Positions 42,877-55,775 of a stretch of DNA of 64,000 nucleotides are shown here, piece after piece. The stretch is taken from positions 222,146,001 to 222,210,000 of the forward strand of contig OZ024740.1 of assembly GCA_964016885.1 (NCBI GenBank). Direction: 5' to 3'. The notes under the pieces are model-generated. The model made no database searches, was not told the DNA's origin, and saw only the letters and a program-made list of their open reading frames with translations. How positions within the stretch are numbered: position 1 is the first letter of the stretch; every line of letters begins with the position of its first letter. The DNA comes from Eledone cirrhosa (taxonomy: Eukaryota). Position numbers and translations under genes: made by a program.

Positions 42877-44182
42877 ATGTATGTATATGTATGTATGGAT
42901 ATGTGTATGTATGTATATATGTATGTGTGTATGTGTGTATGTATGTATGTTCGCACGTGCGTAAGACTCCGTTTATTAAAATGGAAATATGTGTTTGTTT
43001 AAATGAAGTCAAAGTATTCTACTTTATTTATTAGTTAATGGTTTAATATTGGATACTTGAATTAAATACATTAAACTAAATATCTGAGAGTGTTATTTAC
43101 TTGAACACCTATTTTGACATAAAAGCAATATTTACTAAAACGAATTATATTTTGCGCAAACATTCTCAATTTTAATAGAAGCCGTTGCTTATATATACGT
43201 TATGTCAATTACTAACACGTTTAAGATTTATTTTCGACACCATACGATATTTAATTGGAATGTTTCAGTTAAATGTCCGAGAAGTTTGGTCTTATCTTAT
43301 AAATTTATTAGCATCATTGTATGCTATGATTGTAGATAATCTATTACCATTGGTGATTGATGAAATAGTCAGCAATGATAATATTGATTTCTAACATTCA
43401 TCGTCGTGGTAGTCATTTTCCTGGCTGACAACATACTTCGTCTCATAATGTGCGACAACTGCGCTGACAAGAATACCACGCAGGGCGGCTAGCGAAAGTC
43501 CAGTCCTTAATGATAATATTAACAAAAATATCTATACATCACCTTTCTCATCTATTGCAGCTTCAAGGCATGCACTCTTAGAATAATTAGAAATGTTAAC
43601 GGGAGGGTTTTAATTCATGGTTTTGAACATTAAGGATTCAAACCGAGTTTATTTATTTGATTAACATTTAATTTAACTATGAACATCTGCAGATCTTAAA
43701 GTTACGATCATTCATTATTGTACGGTATTAAAAAGTTGGATGCAGTTCATTTAATCGCTATTGATGTGTTTTTCTATAACAAATATCTTCATAGATAAAG
43801 ATAGATTAATTAGAATATATTTGAATATCAAAAATGGAAGTTTAATTAACACTGAAATTAAATTGGAGGATCTTAGATTACACACTGTAGATTTTGAAGT
43901 TATACTGTTGTACCTCGCAGATTTATTATTGTAAAAAACTTTAGAATAGAATTTATATTAGAAAAATATTCCAAACGATCACTTTGTTTACTTTTAATAC
44001 ATCTTATACTACATACCTATGAAACTGTTTGTGATAAATCATGTATTAATATTTTCATGTGATTGCAACTGGATAATTTCTCTCCACGGCGCAGGTGTGT
44101 GTAAAGTTTATTTTTGTGGCAAACTAGTAGTTGCCCATGTTTGCATGTCGTCGCTTCTTTACCTCACTCGTGTTGTCTAGTG

Positions 44183-44371
44183 CAGGTATGCCAAACATAT
44201 CGGCCCTTTAGAAGCACGCCTGTGGCCCACACAAACGTTTTAACAGCGCGAGCATGTTTTACCTTCGTAAAATTTGTTGTAATGTGCGGATTTAGTTGTC
44301 GTGTGTGGCCCTCAGATACCACATATGTGACCCATGTGACTCTTGGGGGACCCCCCAGCTTGACATGTCTG
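44183..44371. mobile_element. hAT (Charlie-like) MITE
   Basis: TIRs CAGGTATGCCAAAC / GCTTGACATGTCTG; 8-bp TSD GTCTAGTG / GTCTAGGG; subterminal GGCCC motifs. Confidence 0.7.
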
Positions 44372-46035
44372 GTCTAGGGGATGCAAGATTCAACACAGTT
44401 TCTCATCAATGCTTTTCCAGGTGCACTCAGGGCGTAAAGAACAGAAAACGATATCACAAAGTATCACACCCGGCGATCTAACAATTTTGCCAATGCATAG
44501 CCTTCGATTGCCACTTTATTTATCGACCCCGGAGGGTGAAAGAAGACGTCGGTAGAAGAATATCTTTGTAATAATATTTTCTAACGTAGATAAGCGACAA
44601 CAATGGTGCGCGTTTTAAGATAATTTTCTCTGCTAAAGTAGTTGTTAGCCATGCTAGCTCCATAGTATGGGGTCCTATTTTACAGCCATAATAATTTACG
44701 ACACGCAGGGATACAGTGTGTCTTTTCTAAATCAGATACAAACAATCAGTTTCTTGCATGTCAATAAGGCCAGAATTTGGAATGAACAAAGCCGTCAATA
44801 ATATTGATCCAGAATCGACCTCTGAAGGATAAGAGGTAACTTTGATCTCGGTGAGATTTCGGAACGCAAACGGCGTAAACTTAAAACTGCAATAGTATTC
44901 TTTTCCAGCGCTCAAAGGATTCCGTCACTTCACCACTCCATTGCAATATGTTGATAGCAATGGTCTGATTAAATTAAATTAACTAATTAAAGTTTTATCC
45001 ATTCACATCGTTTCATTGCAAGTAACAAGCAGATTTAATGTTTACTTTTGGATACATTTGTAGAATGTCTATTAAATTTATGATAGCTATACTTTTCAAT
45101 ACAATAAATAACAATTGTACATTTTATTTAATAAATATGAGTATTTCTCTTCTCTATAACTGATCTATAAGCTGGTTAAAATATACATTATTTACGAGTA
45201 TATTATACGTAACGACATAAAATAGTAACATAAGTAAAGGTAATGCCTACAAAATAAAATTAGTATTTCAAGTCTGTAATGCATATATTTTTCTTTCATA
45301 AATATATATTGATGTTTCACTGCAATGTAATAAAAGCAAACAGATTATCTTAGAAAATAACATACAAATATGCAATCTAATTATTTACAAGATCAAATGT
45401 GAATAATTTAAATATAATTGTTTTTCAACTATACATGGGGATTTAAAATGGTAGAAGTAATATAGAAATGTTTCCGAATAAAGAAGTAATAAAGAGCACA
45501 TAGGAAAATAAATTAGTTATATCACTTATATATATAAACTCAGAACAAATATCTATCTGGATATTGACTTGAGACTGATGAGATATAGTCTTTGTGAGTG
45601 CTTTAAAGTTTATATGGCTTTATAGTAAACTAAGCAGAAAAACATAAACGAATGTATGTCATACAATTATGATTCTCTCTGCATCCATGTTTCTTACTAT
45701 CTCATCCCAACCACTCACATAGATAAACTTCACACAATTCAAGCCCAGAATTTTAAAACTCTCAGGTTCTTTTCAACATTACAATCACAAAATACTGCAT
45801 TTAGCATCATGTAGAAATCACCAATATGGAAGCGATTGAATAACCCTAGTGGATCTTTTGCCCGATAACATAAAGAAATCAGAGTGGAAATTCGCACATC
45901 ACTCTTTCGAAAACTGAACTAAGCTGTAGGTTCTTTTCAGAATCACCTCAATATTGGTTCTGCGCGTAGTATTCTGTAGATTATAGGATAAAATGTCCAG
46001 CGATCAAATACCGTTGTGTCAGGGATCACCACATC

Positions 46036-46144
<109 letters not shown>

Positions 46145-46242
46145 ATTCTATAGATACGTTATATGTATATCCACGAAACAAGTGTATTTATGCTTTTTCT
46201 CAAACGTGTTATGTTAGAAAATGTTATGAGCTATAATAAACA

Positions 46243-46284
<42 letters not shown>

Positions 46285-47689
46285 ATGTATATATATTTTA
46301 AAATTCTCTTTATAAATCATACACCTGATACGAACTATCATTTTAATTTAGTCTTGTGTACACGCTCAAGCAATCGTTGAAAGCATTAGCTGATTAAATT
46401 TGAACGTTGCAGCAGAATGTATTTGCGAATTCTCTGCTAGAATGCTAAGCTGCTATCCACACTGTAGGTACAATAATTTATCATATTCTTGTGTTTGTTT
46501 TGAAGGATGTTTCATCATAATTCTTAAATCTGAATATTAACCATGCCAGACTTATCTACCCATCCAGGCTTTACCACTGCCCTTCCCGACCAAATGTTAA
46601 GGGAAATAATTTCACTTGGAAATGTACAGGGTACAGAGGGAAGCACATTTTCCTCTCAAAAAATAAATCTATATTCAAATTATCTAGCACTTTATCAATA
46701 TAACCATAAATTACATCAGAAATATACTCGGCAGAATCAATATCTAAATCATTTTCAACTTGACTGTGCAGTTAAGGAGTTAACTTCGTAACTACATTGT
46801 TGGGAATATATATGCGAGCGTGTGTGAGTGTTTGTTTGTGTCTGTGTTTGTCTGTGTTTTTTTGTCTGTGTGCCTGTGTGTCTGTGACTGTATCTGAATT
46901 TACATGTACTGTTTGTGTAAGTCCTTTAACTTAACAGTTCGAAAAAACAAATCGATAAAATCAGAATTCGACTGGGGTCGATGCGGCCAACAAAATTCCT
47001 TGAAGGTGCTGTTTCAGTATGGCCGTAATATAATGACTGGAACAAATAAGATAATAAATATCTATCTGATCGATGAGACTGGGATCATCTTGCTCAGCCC
47101 TAGAGACGTCATCGTGCGAGGAGCTGACCAAGTCCACCAGAGCCCTCCATCGCTGGCAGTCCTGTGTCAGCCACTTCCGTTCTCCAAGGAGACGTCGAGA
47201 CTCTGTAGATCTTCTTTACTCACGCCCAGACGTCTACTGCGGGGCCTAGCCCTAACCAGATTGCCTACAGGAATAAAAGAATACAAATGTTAATAAATTC
47301 AGTAGGTTAAATGCCAACTCTACATTTCTTTTCTAAATATATATTTAACTATTACAAGTCACGTTTTACATCTATTCATATTTAGTTATGTTCATTAACT
47401 AATTAGACATTGTCATAATCAATAAGCCTAATGTTGATTTAATATACTTATGAAATGATTTGATTTTAGTTTGCATTGACTCTATCATTAACAGTTATAT
47501 CAAAGAGATATTTCATGTAGAAAACTCTCGCTTGTTCTTAAATTAGTCAATGTATAAATTTTTATAAATTCTGAAAATGTTCTACCTATAAAAATGAACG
47601 CAAGTTCATTTTTCTCCACCCCAGCCATTTCAAGCTTCGATTCATATTAATCTAACAGTCCTAACGCTCAAACTACACAAGGCACAACA

Positions 47690-48053
47690 ATAATGGTTTC
47701 TAATTTAAGCACAATGCCAACAATGTTTTGGGTGGAAGTCAATTAAATCGACCTCAGTGTTACTGGTACCTTATTTTATCCTGTAATGGTTAAAGACAAA
47801 GCTAACATTGGCGGGATTTGAACTCAGACGTTCTACCAATACTGCCAATCCGTCGCCCTTACAATAATTGTTTCTACTTTAGGCACAAGGCCAACAAATA
47901 CTCAGTACATTACTGGTACTTTATTTTATAGACCCCGTAAGGATGAAAGGCAAAGTTAACCTCGGCGGGATTTGAACTCAAACCGTAAAGGGACGTAACT
48001 ATGCTAGAAAGTATGGCGTCCAACCTTCTACCGATACTGCAAATTCACCGCCC
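47690..48053 (-). mobile_element. Two tandem SINE copies
   Basis: Diverged 47690-47858 and young 47863-48053, the latter with TSD TTACAATAATT. Confidence 0.88.
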
Positions 48054-48697
48054 TTACAATAATTACTTCCAATTATACTCAATCAATCTCTTTCATATTC
48101 ACAAAAAAAAAAAAAAAAAAAAAAAGAATCCTGTCGTGAAATATTTATTCCGCTTCTTACTTAATATTGACGTCGATCATTGCACTTCTTTCATACAAAC
48201 CGTTTTATAGGGCAATTTATTGCTGTGTTCTTTGACAAAGTATGAAACGAAGGTTGTTATAAAGGTAACAACTGAAACATAGAAGTTTATAAGACTTGTT
48301 TAGTTTAAAGTTAAATCTAGTTGATTCCGTTTTAACTCGTAAGCAGAAATGTTTTACAAGCGTACATACGTTGTGTCTAGTATATATTTAGTGTAAAAAT
48401 ACAAAATATATTTGTGTTACTATTTTTGCAGACAAACCTACTTCCTGTCAACACGTGCGTATTGATAAGTCTATGCGGTAGGAATAAAATATATGATACT
48501 ACCATCGCCCAACTTATGTCAGTCGAAAATCAAAGATTCAGAGATACGAAACGTTGAATACACGGTGTCAAATACAATATGTTCCAAACTGCTGAAATGC
48601 TGCGAAAACAATAGGTTTACATTATAGTTTGTTAGGTTGCAATTATGCCGTTTTAGCCATATGATGACGCCATCCCACTGGCTGGGCGGGTAGGCCG

Positions 48698-48752
<55 letters not shown>

Positions 48753-48754
48753 GA

Positions 48755-51414
48755 TAAATCTACCAAAAATATACTGTAGTGTCCAATCTGTATGAAGAAC
48801 TCAATGTAATCCAAATATCATGAAAAGAGAAGATGTATTCAAAACGTTTTTTCGATGAAAATCACAGGAAAACAGAGTCAAGATAAATTAATAAAAACAA
48901 TGAATAAAAACAAAGAAACAGTTCCTTATATTAAAAAATTCATCAGTTTACGATCGTTTCTAGGATATATATGTGTGTTGGTATGTATATCATATAGATC
49001 TATGTAAACATTTTACAAACTATCAGAGGGAATATACATACCTACACATATATATGCTGTCTTCAAAAATAATATTTGTTTATTGAAAAAAATCAGACTC
49101 AAACACACAAATCAGTTAATCTAACTAAACATATGTATAATAAATTCACTAATACTAACTCTCTTAGTAAACATCCTGATACATCGTATAAATATAAAAA
49201 ACAACATCGAAACCGTAATAGACGAGTTACCTGGTATAATGTTCCATTTAATCTACAAATTAAAGATAATATCCCTAAAAAATGTTTACTATCCTAGAGA
49301 AAAACTTCCCGCCAAACCATAAATACCATCAAATTTTAAATAGATCAACGGTCAAATTTTCCTACTCCACTACCAAAAATATGCAACAAAATATAAGTGC
49401 CGACAATGCATATAAATGTAAAAAAAAACATGAATATACCAGCAACATATCAAACTAACCATAATACTAAAATAAACCGCAACAAAACCACCATCTCCTT
49501 CACATATAACAAGTCGAGTAAATTCCACACCAAATTTGACTAACTCCCCTGAGATAATATTCACGAATGGTTGAAACTGTAGAAACAAACAAATTGCCCA
49601 TTAAAAGAAAATTGTCTTATTAATAACATAGTATATAAATGTAAAATTAGCACCAATGACTCAACTTATTCATATATAGGAGCTACCTCTAACCAATTTA
49701 AAGTAAGATTTAATACCCACAAACATAGTTTTAAAAATGCCGCATTAGCTAATACAACATCCTTGGCTGAAATAATTAATAATTAGAAAAAAGAATATCG
49801 ATTATAACCTGACCTGGAGTGTGCTCAAAAGGGCCACCCCTTATCAAAATAACAGATATGAGTGTAGATTATGTTCCCAGGAACTTTTTGAAATAATTGT
49901 TTCTCCTTTTGGCACAAGGCCAGCAATTACCCAGTGTATTACTGGTACTTTATTTTATTGATCCCGTAAGGATGAAAGGCGGGATTTGAACTGAGAATGG
50001 CAAGGGCCGTAACTCTATGCGTCAAAGCATAGCGTCCGACCCTCTACCGATACTGCCAATCCACCGCCCTTTTTGAAATAATGAAATCTAAGGAAATCCT
50101 ATTAAATCGTGCAATCATAGAATTAGAAGAAGTTTCAAATATTATAAACCTAATTAATATACACCTTACACTTATATTTTACAAATTATTATAATTAGTT
50201 TTTTTAATTTTTAATTTTAATTTAGTTAACATATAATTAGTAATTTACTACTGAGAACTTCATAATTTTATTTCCCGTTTGCAGCTCTCTTTTCCTAAAA
50301 TTAATACCTAGAAGTATACATATAAACTATTTTAATTTCCTGTTATGAATCTAAATTCCTTTGTAGTCTATATAAGTTTGTTATTTTTCACTAATACATT
50401 TATTCCAAAAAAATGTTTTCCTTCGTTTTTAACAACATTCTTTAATAACATCTAACTCTTAATTATCACATCTAGATGATATAAATTTATCCCTATAAGA
50501 ATACCTATCAATTAAATTATTTTAATTTTTTGTTATAGATCTAAATTCCTTGTGTTTTAAATAAGATTTAAAACACATTTACCCTGAAATGTTATTCTCC
50601 TTCGATTTTAACATTAGCATTATTCTTTAATAACATCAAATTTTCGTGTACCTTTCACCGGCTTGACCTCTTTTCATCCCCAAAGTGATCTTTTCATTCA
50701 AAGTATTCTTTCCATTCAAATTTGAAGTCTGCATTCCACTACCCCTAAATTAAATTTCTACTACTAATATTCTATCAACTTGACCACTTACTACTTTTCT
50801 ATTGGTCAATTCAAAACCTGTTCCCAAACAGAACTATTATATTAAATCTTTGTTGGTTTTTTTCAATAAAAAAATATCATTATTTCTTGGCAGTATCGGT
50901 AGAAGGTTGGACGCCATGCTTTCTAGCATAGTTACGTCCCTTTACAGTGTGAGTTCAAATCCCGCCGTGGTTAACTTTGCCTTTCATCCTTACGGGGTCG
51001 ATAAAATAAAGTACCAATAATGTACTGGGTAATTGCTGGCCTTGTGCCAAATGTAATAACAATTATTTCTATCTGACGCCATGCCTTGCAGCATAGAGTT
51101 AAACCCCTTTATGGTGCGAGTTCAAATCCCGCCGAGGTTAACTTTGCCTTTCATCCTTACGGGGTCAATAAAATAAAGTACCAGTAATAAACTGGGTAAT
51201 TGCTGGCCTTGTGCCTAAAGTAGAAACAATTATTTCTGAAGACAGCATATATATGTGTAGATATGTACATTCCTTCTGATAGTTTGTAAAATTTTTACAT
51301 AGATCTATATGATATACATACCAACACACATATATATCCCTGAAACGATCGTAAAATGATGAATTATTTTAATATAAGGAATTGTTTGTTTGTTTTTATT
51401 CATTGTTTATATTA

Positions 51415-51420
<6 letters not shown>
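48755..51420 (+). mobile_element. 5'-truncated PLE with inverted 5' terminal repeat and direct 3' terminal repeat, both HHR-bearing; three SINE insertions
   Basis: Decayed coding 49100-50125 (RNRRVTWYNVPF, NFPPNHKY, CPLKENCL..IVYKC..YIGATS..FKVRFNTH, CRLC..E); HHR at 48945-49070 (-) and 51232-51357 (+); SINEs at 49892-50069, 50888-51068, 51075-51234. Confidence 0.88.
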
Positions 51421-51466
<46 letters not shown>

Positions 51467-51479
51467 ATATATATATATA

Positions 51480-52361
51480 TAAGGATTTACATATATATAT
51501 AAAGTCATAGATATATATGTGTTTTGCAACCGGTCACGTTGTGGCTCAATGAGAAATTAATAAATTAAATAAAATAATCAGAACTATATATCATAAAATA
51601 TGTTTTTAGAATCACTAGATATAATATATACCATTTCCTCTCCCAATTAGTATAATTAACCATATAAAAATCAATTAGACCAAGCTATAAAATAAAGGCT
51701 CCTTTGAAGAAATCTCCGACAAATAACCGAAAGCAGCCCCTTCGCGGTGGCTACAATAGATTATTTCTCTAACATTTCGACAGCATGTAAAAAACGACCA
51801 GATATACAGTCAACTAAACACAATTAGGTGTAAAATTGAACTTAGAAGAATTGCGTACATACTTAATTACCTCTACCATGGTTTCATCCGTATTTTAAGA
51901 CATCCGATAACAAGGAATCTCCAGAGCTTCGGAATCATCAGGAGCGAGCTCAAAATAAGACATTTAATTTTCCAAAGTGATCGCGCCAAAAATACATTCA
52001 AAAATGGCTAAGAATCGTGACGTGGCAGCGGTCAAGTTAGAAAGGATGTGATTAGTTGCTTACGGCGGGTAGGCTTATTGCTAGAAAGCGCAGCCTAATA
52101 CCGCCAAATTGTATCTCAACCTAACAGGAGATTATTACATATAAGGATTTACATATATATATAAAGGCATAGATATATATGTGTTTTGCAACCGATCACG
52201 TTGTGGCTCAATGAGAAATTAATAAATTAAATTAAATAATCAGAGCTATATATCATAAAATATGTCTTTAGAATCACTAGATATAATATATATCATTTCC
52301 CCTCCTGGGATAGGAAATGGTATATATTATATCTAGTGATTCTAAAGACATATTTTATGAT
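51480..52361 (-). mobile_element. ORF-less HHR unit with ~160 bp terminal direct repeat (662 nt period) and 5' fold-back
   Basis: 51480-51638 repeats at 52142-52300; palindrome at 52251-52361; HHR at 51871-51944; (TA)n flanks. Confidence 0.8.
51871..51944 (-). ncRNA. Canonical hammerhead ribozyme with extended stem II
   Basis: CTC-CTGATGA-T-TCCG..CGGA-T-GAA-ACCATGGT-A-GAG. Confidence 0.85.
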
Positions 52362-52365
52362 AAAC

Positions 52366-52396
<31 letters not shown>

Positions 52397-52427
52397 CATA
52401 TAGATACATATATATATATATACACAT

Positions 52428-52536
52428 ACATACATATCGCCAGGTGGTGCTATTAAGTTAGACATGGCCTGGGCCAATACTGGCCGAAACCTATCAAAGT
52501 TATATATATAATAGCATCACCTGGCGATATGTATGT
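52428..52536. repeat. Small inverted-repeat element (~27-bp arms) enclosing an HHR-like 3' half
   Basis: CATATCGCCAGGTGGTGCTATTA / TAATAGCATCACCTGGCGATATG around GGCC-AATACT-GGCC-GAAAC. Confidence 0.65.
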
Positions 52537-52539
52537 ATG

Positions 52540-52650
<111 letters not shown>

Positions 52651-53210
52651 TTTCTGAATTTGTTTAGCAAGATTCTTTATCTGAAATCGTGTGTTGAAAC
52701 CGATATTGTTATACTTTGGGAGGGTCATGTTGCCAATAAGAAACACACGCACCAGTTGCTTTCACTTCAATTTATTATATATTTATAAATTTATAAATTT
52801 ACAAATCTACAAACCTATAAATTTCTGGTTGGTTGGTTGGTTCCACAACCAGATAGTTGTTTATATATAGTCATAGTCCTTTCGTCACACACTCTGTGAC
52901 CTCTTCAGTGACTGGGGATTCCTTTCTTTGTTTCTGTGCCTTTCCTTTCTTCTATCCTACGCCATTTTGTTTCTGTGTGTGTGTTGTGTGCTCAGTTTGC
53001 GCATGCGCTACATCCGGGTGTCTGTGTGTATTTGTGTTCATTTATCTATTTGTTTATTTATTTATTTATTTATTGTTGGTTGGTTGTTTGTTCTATGTGT
53101 GTGTTTTCATTTTGTCCTGTGTGTGTTTTCATTTTGTCCTTAATTGTAAGTTGTTTGTTCTATGTGTGTGTGTGTTTTCATTTTGTCCTGTGTGTGTTTT
53201 CATTTTGTCC

Positions 53211-54269
53211 TTAATTGTAAGTTGTGATGTTGCTGTTCCACTCATATTTTCTATTTAATTTTGGTTGTAATTCTTTTATGCTTACTGCCTCTGTAATTTG
53301 CCTAAACATTGCATCTTTTCTGTGTGTGGATTCTATTTTTATTTCTATGTTCTCTAATCTACTCCTGTGTTCTATCTTAGCATGTTGGTAGAGCACAGAT
53401 GATTCTTTATTATCGTGAAGGTCTTGCCAGTGTTCATTTATTCGTTCCCCTATACTACGAGCTGTCTCACCTATGTACACTATATTTTTGTTTCTACATT
53501 GTCCTTCAGTACATCTTATGCTATACACTACATTTCTAGTATTACAGTTAATATGGGGGCTTATTTTACAGGTTATACATTTCTTATCTATACATGAGGG
53601 TCTTTGGAACGGGTATGTCTTGCTAATAAGTGTTTTTACGGAGGTACCTGGTCTTTCTACTATCTTAATATTGAGTTTATGTTTATTTAGGGCCCTTCTA
53701 AATTTGTAGGCTAGTTCGCCTCTAGGGGTTGTATTGATGAACATTACACTCTGGTATTTATTGCTATCATACCATGAGTTTATTCTATTGGCCTTGTTCC
53801 TAGTTCTTTCTATTCTATTCCAAAATTTGCTCCTATACAAGGGGCAGGTCCCATTTATGTCATTATTTACCATTTTTTCCCATTTGGTTCTGGCTCCTTT
53901 ATACACTCTGATTCTATCTCTCTGATTGTAGCCAGAGAACTGCATACGGTGGATGAAGTGTTGTATGTGTCTCTCTAGTTCTTCGGGGTTGCACATGCGG
54001 GACACATTTCTCATCACCCGTACCAAATCCGCAATCAGTATGTTGATTTTGGTATGGTCCGAAATGGCCGAGTTTCGGTGGATCAGATGTTTGGAAGTCA
54101 TGGGTTTGGCATAATGGGAATGGAGGATTTGTTTTTGGTTGTTAATGGTATCTAACCAGAGCTCTGTGTCTAGTACAGGTAATCGATGGTTGGGGTGTCT
54201 ACTTGGGTAGCCTATAGTAACTCTAATGCTCTGGTGGATGGAGTTTGCTATTTGCTGGATGCTTTCCAT
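53211..54269 (-). CDS. 5'-truncated PLE protein: RT thumb, Cys-rich linker, GIY-YIG endonuclease
   Basis: LPVLDTELW, HYAKPM..IHRNSA, MQFSGY, C..C..C..C, NVVYSIRC..VYIGETARSIGERINEH, RQITEAV..PKLNRKYEW. Confidence 0.9.
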   Translation of the reverse strand: MESIQQIANSIHQSIRVTIGYPSRHPNHRLPVLDTELWLDTINNQKQILHSHYAKPMTSKHLIHRNSAISDHTKINILIADLVRVMRNVSRMCNPEELERHIQHFIHRMQFSGYNQRDRIRVYKGARTKWEKMVNNDINGTCPLYRSKFWNRIERTRNKANRINSWYDSNKYQSVMFINTTPRGELAYKFRRALNKHKLNIKIVERPGTSVKTLISKTYPFQRPSCIDKKCITCKISPHINCNTRNVVYSIRCTEGQCRNKNIVYIGETARSIGERINEHWQDLHDNKESSVLYQHAKIEHRSRLENIEIKIESTHRKDAMFRQITEAVSIKELQPKLNRKYEWNSNITTYN

Positions 54270-54292
54270 TGTGTTTTTCTCTAGTTCCTGAC

Positions 54293-54676
54293 TGTACAGA
54301 TAAGAAATGTAAAACCTGTAAAATAAGCCCCCATATTAACTGTAAAACTAGAAATGTAGTGTATAGCATAAGATGTACTGAAGGACAATGTAGAAACAAA
54401 AATATAGTGTACATAGGTGAGACAGCTCGTAGTATAGGGGAACGAATAAATGAACACTGGCGAGACCTTCACGATAATAAAGAATCATCTGTGCTCTACC
54501 AACATGCTAAGATAGAACACAGGGGTAGATTAGAGAACATAGAAATAAAAATAGAATCCACACACAGAAAAGATGCAATGTTTAGGCAAATTACAGAGGC
54601 AGTAAGCATAAAAGAATTACAACCAAAATTAAATAGAAAATATGAGTGGAACAGCAACATCACAACTTACAATTAA
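54293..54676 (+). pseudogene. Inverted duplicate of the PLE GIY-YIG domain
   Basis: CTDKKCKTCKISPHINC..VYIGETARSIGERINEH..ITTYN*, nearly identical to the minus-strand ORF C-terminus. Confidence 0.9.
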
Positions 54677-55183
54677 GGACAAAATGAAAACACACACAGG
54701 ACAAAATGAAAACACACACACACATAGAACAAACAACTTACAATTAAGGACAAAATGAAAACACACACACACATAGAACAAACAACCAACCAACAATAAA
54801 TAAATAAATAAATAAACAAATAGATAAATGAACACAAACACACACCGACACCCGGATGTGGCGCATGCGCAAACTGAGCACACAACACACACACAGAAAC
54901 AAAATGGCGTAGGATAGAAGAAAGGAAAGGCACAGAAACAAAGAAAGGAATCCCCAGTCACTGAAGAGGTCACAGAGTGTGTGACGAAATGACTATGACT
55001 ATATATAAACAACTATCTGGTTGTGGAACCAACCAACCAACCAGAAATTTATAGGTTTGTAGATTTGTAAATTTATAAATTTATAAATATATAATAAATT
55101 GAAGTGAAAGCAACTGGTGCGTGTGTTTCTTATTTGCAACATGACCCTCCCAAAGTATAACAATATATATATATATATATATG

Positions 55184-55714
55184 TATAAATAATAAGAATC
55201 AAAGAACTGTTCAAAACATGTTTATGCTTACAACTGTTTCCCCCAAACCGAGGTTTGGATTCTTCGCAGCAATTTATTATTGAATGAACACTTATATGAC
55301 CTCCTTTTCAACCCAAGAGACATACAGATACACAAATATTGTGGGTCAACATCCATTACAGCATTTAGTGTGGCAGTACACATTTATATGTTGACCCACA
55401 ATATTTGCATGTGTATGTGTATGTCTCTTGGGTTGAAAAGGAGGTCATATAATGTTCATTCAATAATAAATTGCTCCGACGAATCCAAACCTCGGTTTGG
55501 AGGAAACAGTTGTAAGCATAACAATGTTTTGAACAGTTCTTTGATTCTTATAATTTATATAACTGCTCTGTAAATCATCTGATGTTCTTACATTGATGTT
55601 CTTACTGGTAATAAGGTAGTAATATATTACAGCCTATCACTATTTAGGGTTTGTAAAAATATATATAACTAGAAAAGGTTTTTGTATTTGCATAACCATA
55701 AATAGTATACTTAA

Positions 55715-55720
<6 letters not shown>
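55184..55720 (+). mobile_element. Fold-back element (~170-bp arms, 55184-55559) with an HHR in each arm, plus tail
   Basis: Arms are reverse complements with few differences; loop ~55352-55387. Confidence 0.85.
55472..55518 (+). ncRNA. Variant hammerhead (U4C); mirror copy at 55225-55271 (-)
   Basis: TGCT-CCGACGA-A-TCCAAACC-TC-GGTTTGGA-G-GAAAC-AGTT-GTA-AGCA. Confidence 0.75.

Positions 55721-55773
<53 letters not shown>

Positions 55774-55775
<2 letters not shown>

Noticed and set aside
39866-43510. Additional minus-strand exon candidates (~39911-40047, ~43390-43510)
   Set aside because: Weak acceptors or phases incompatible with the 38362-38474 exon; no family recognised
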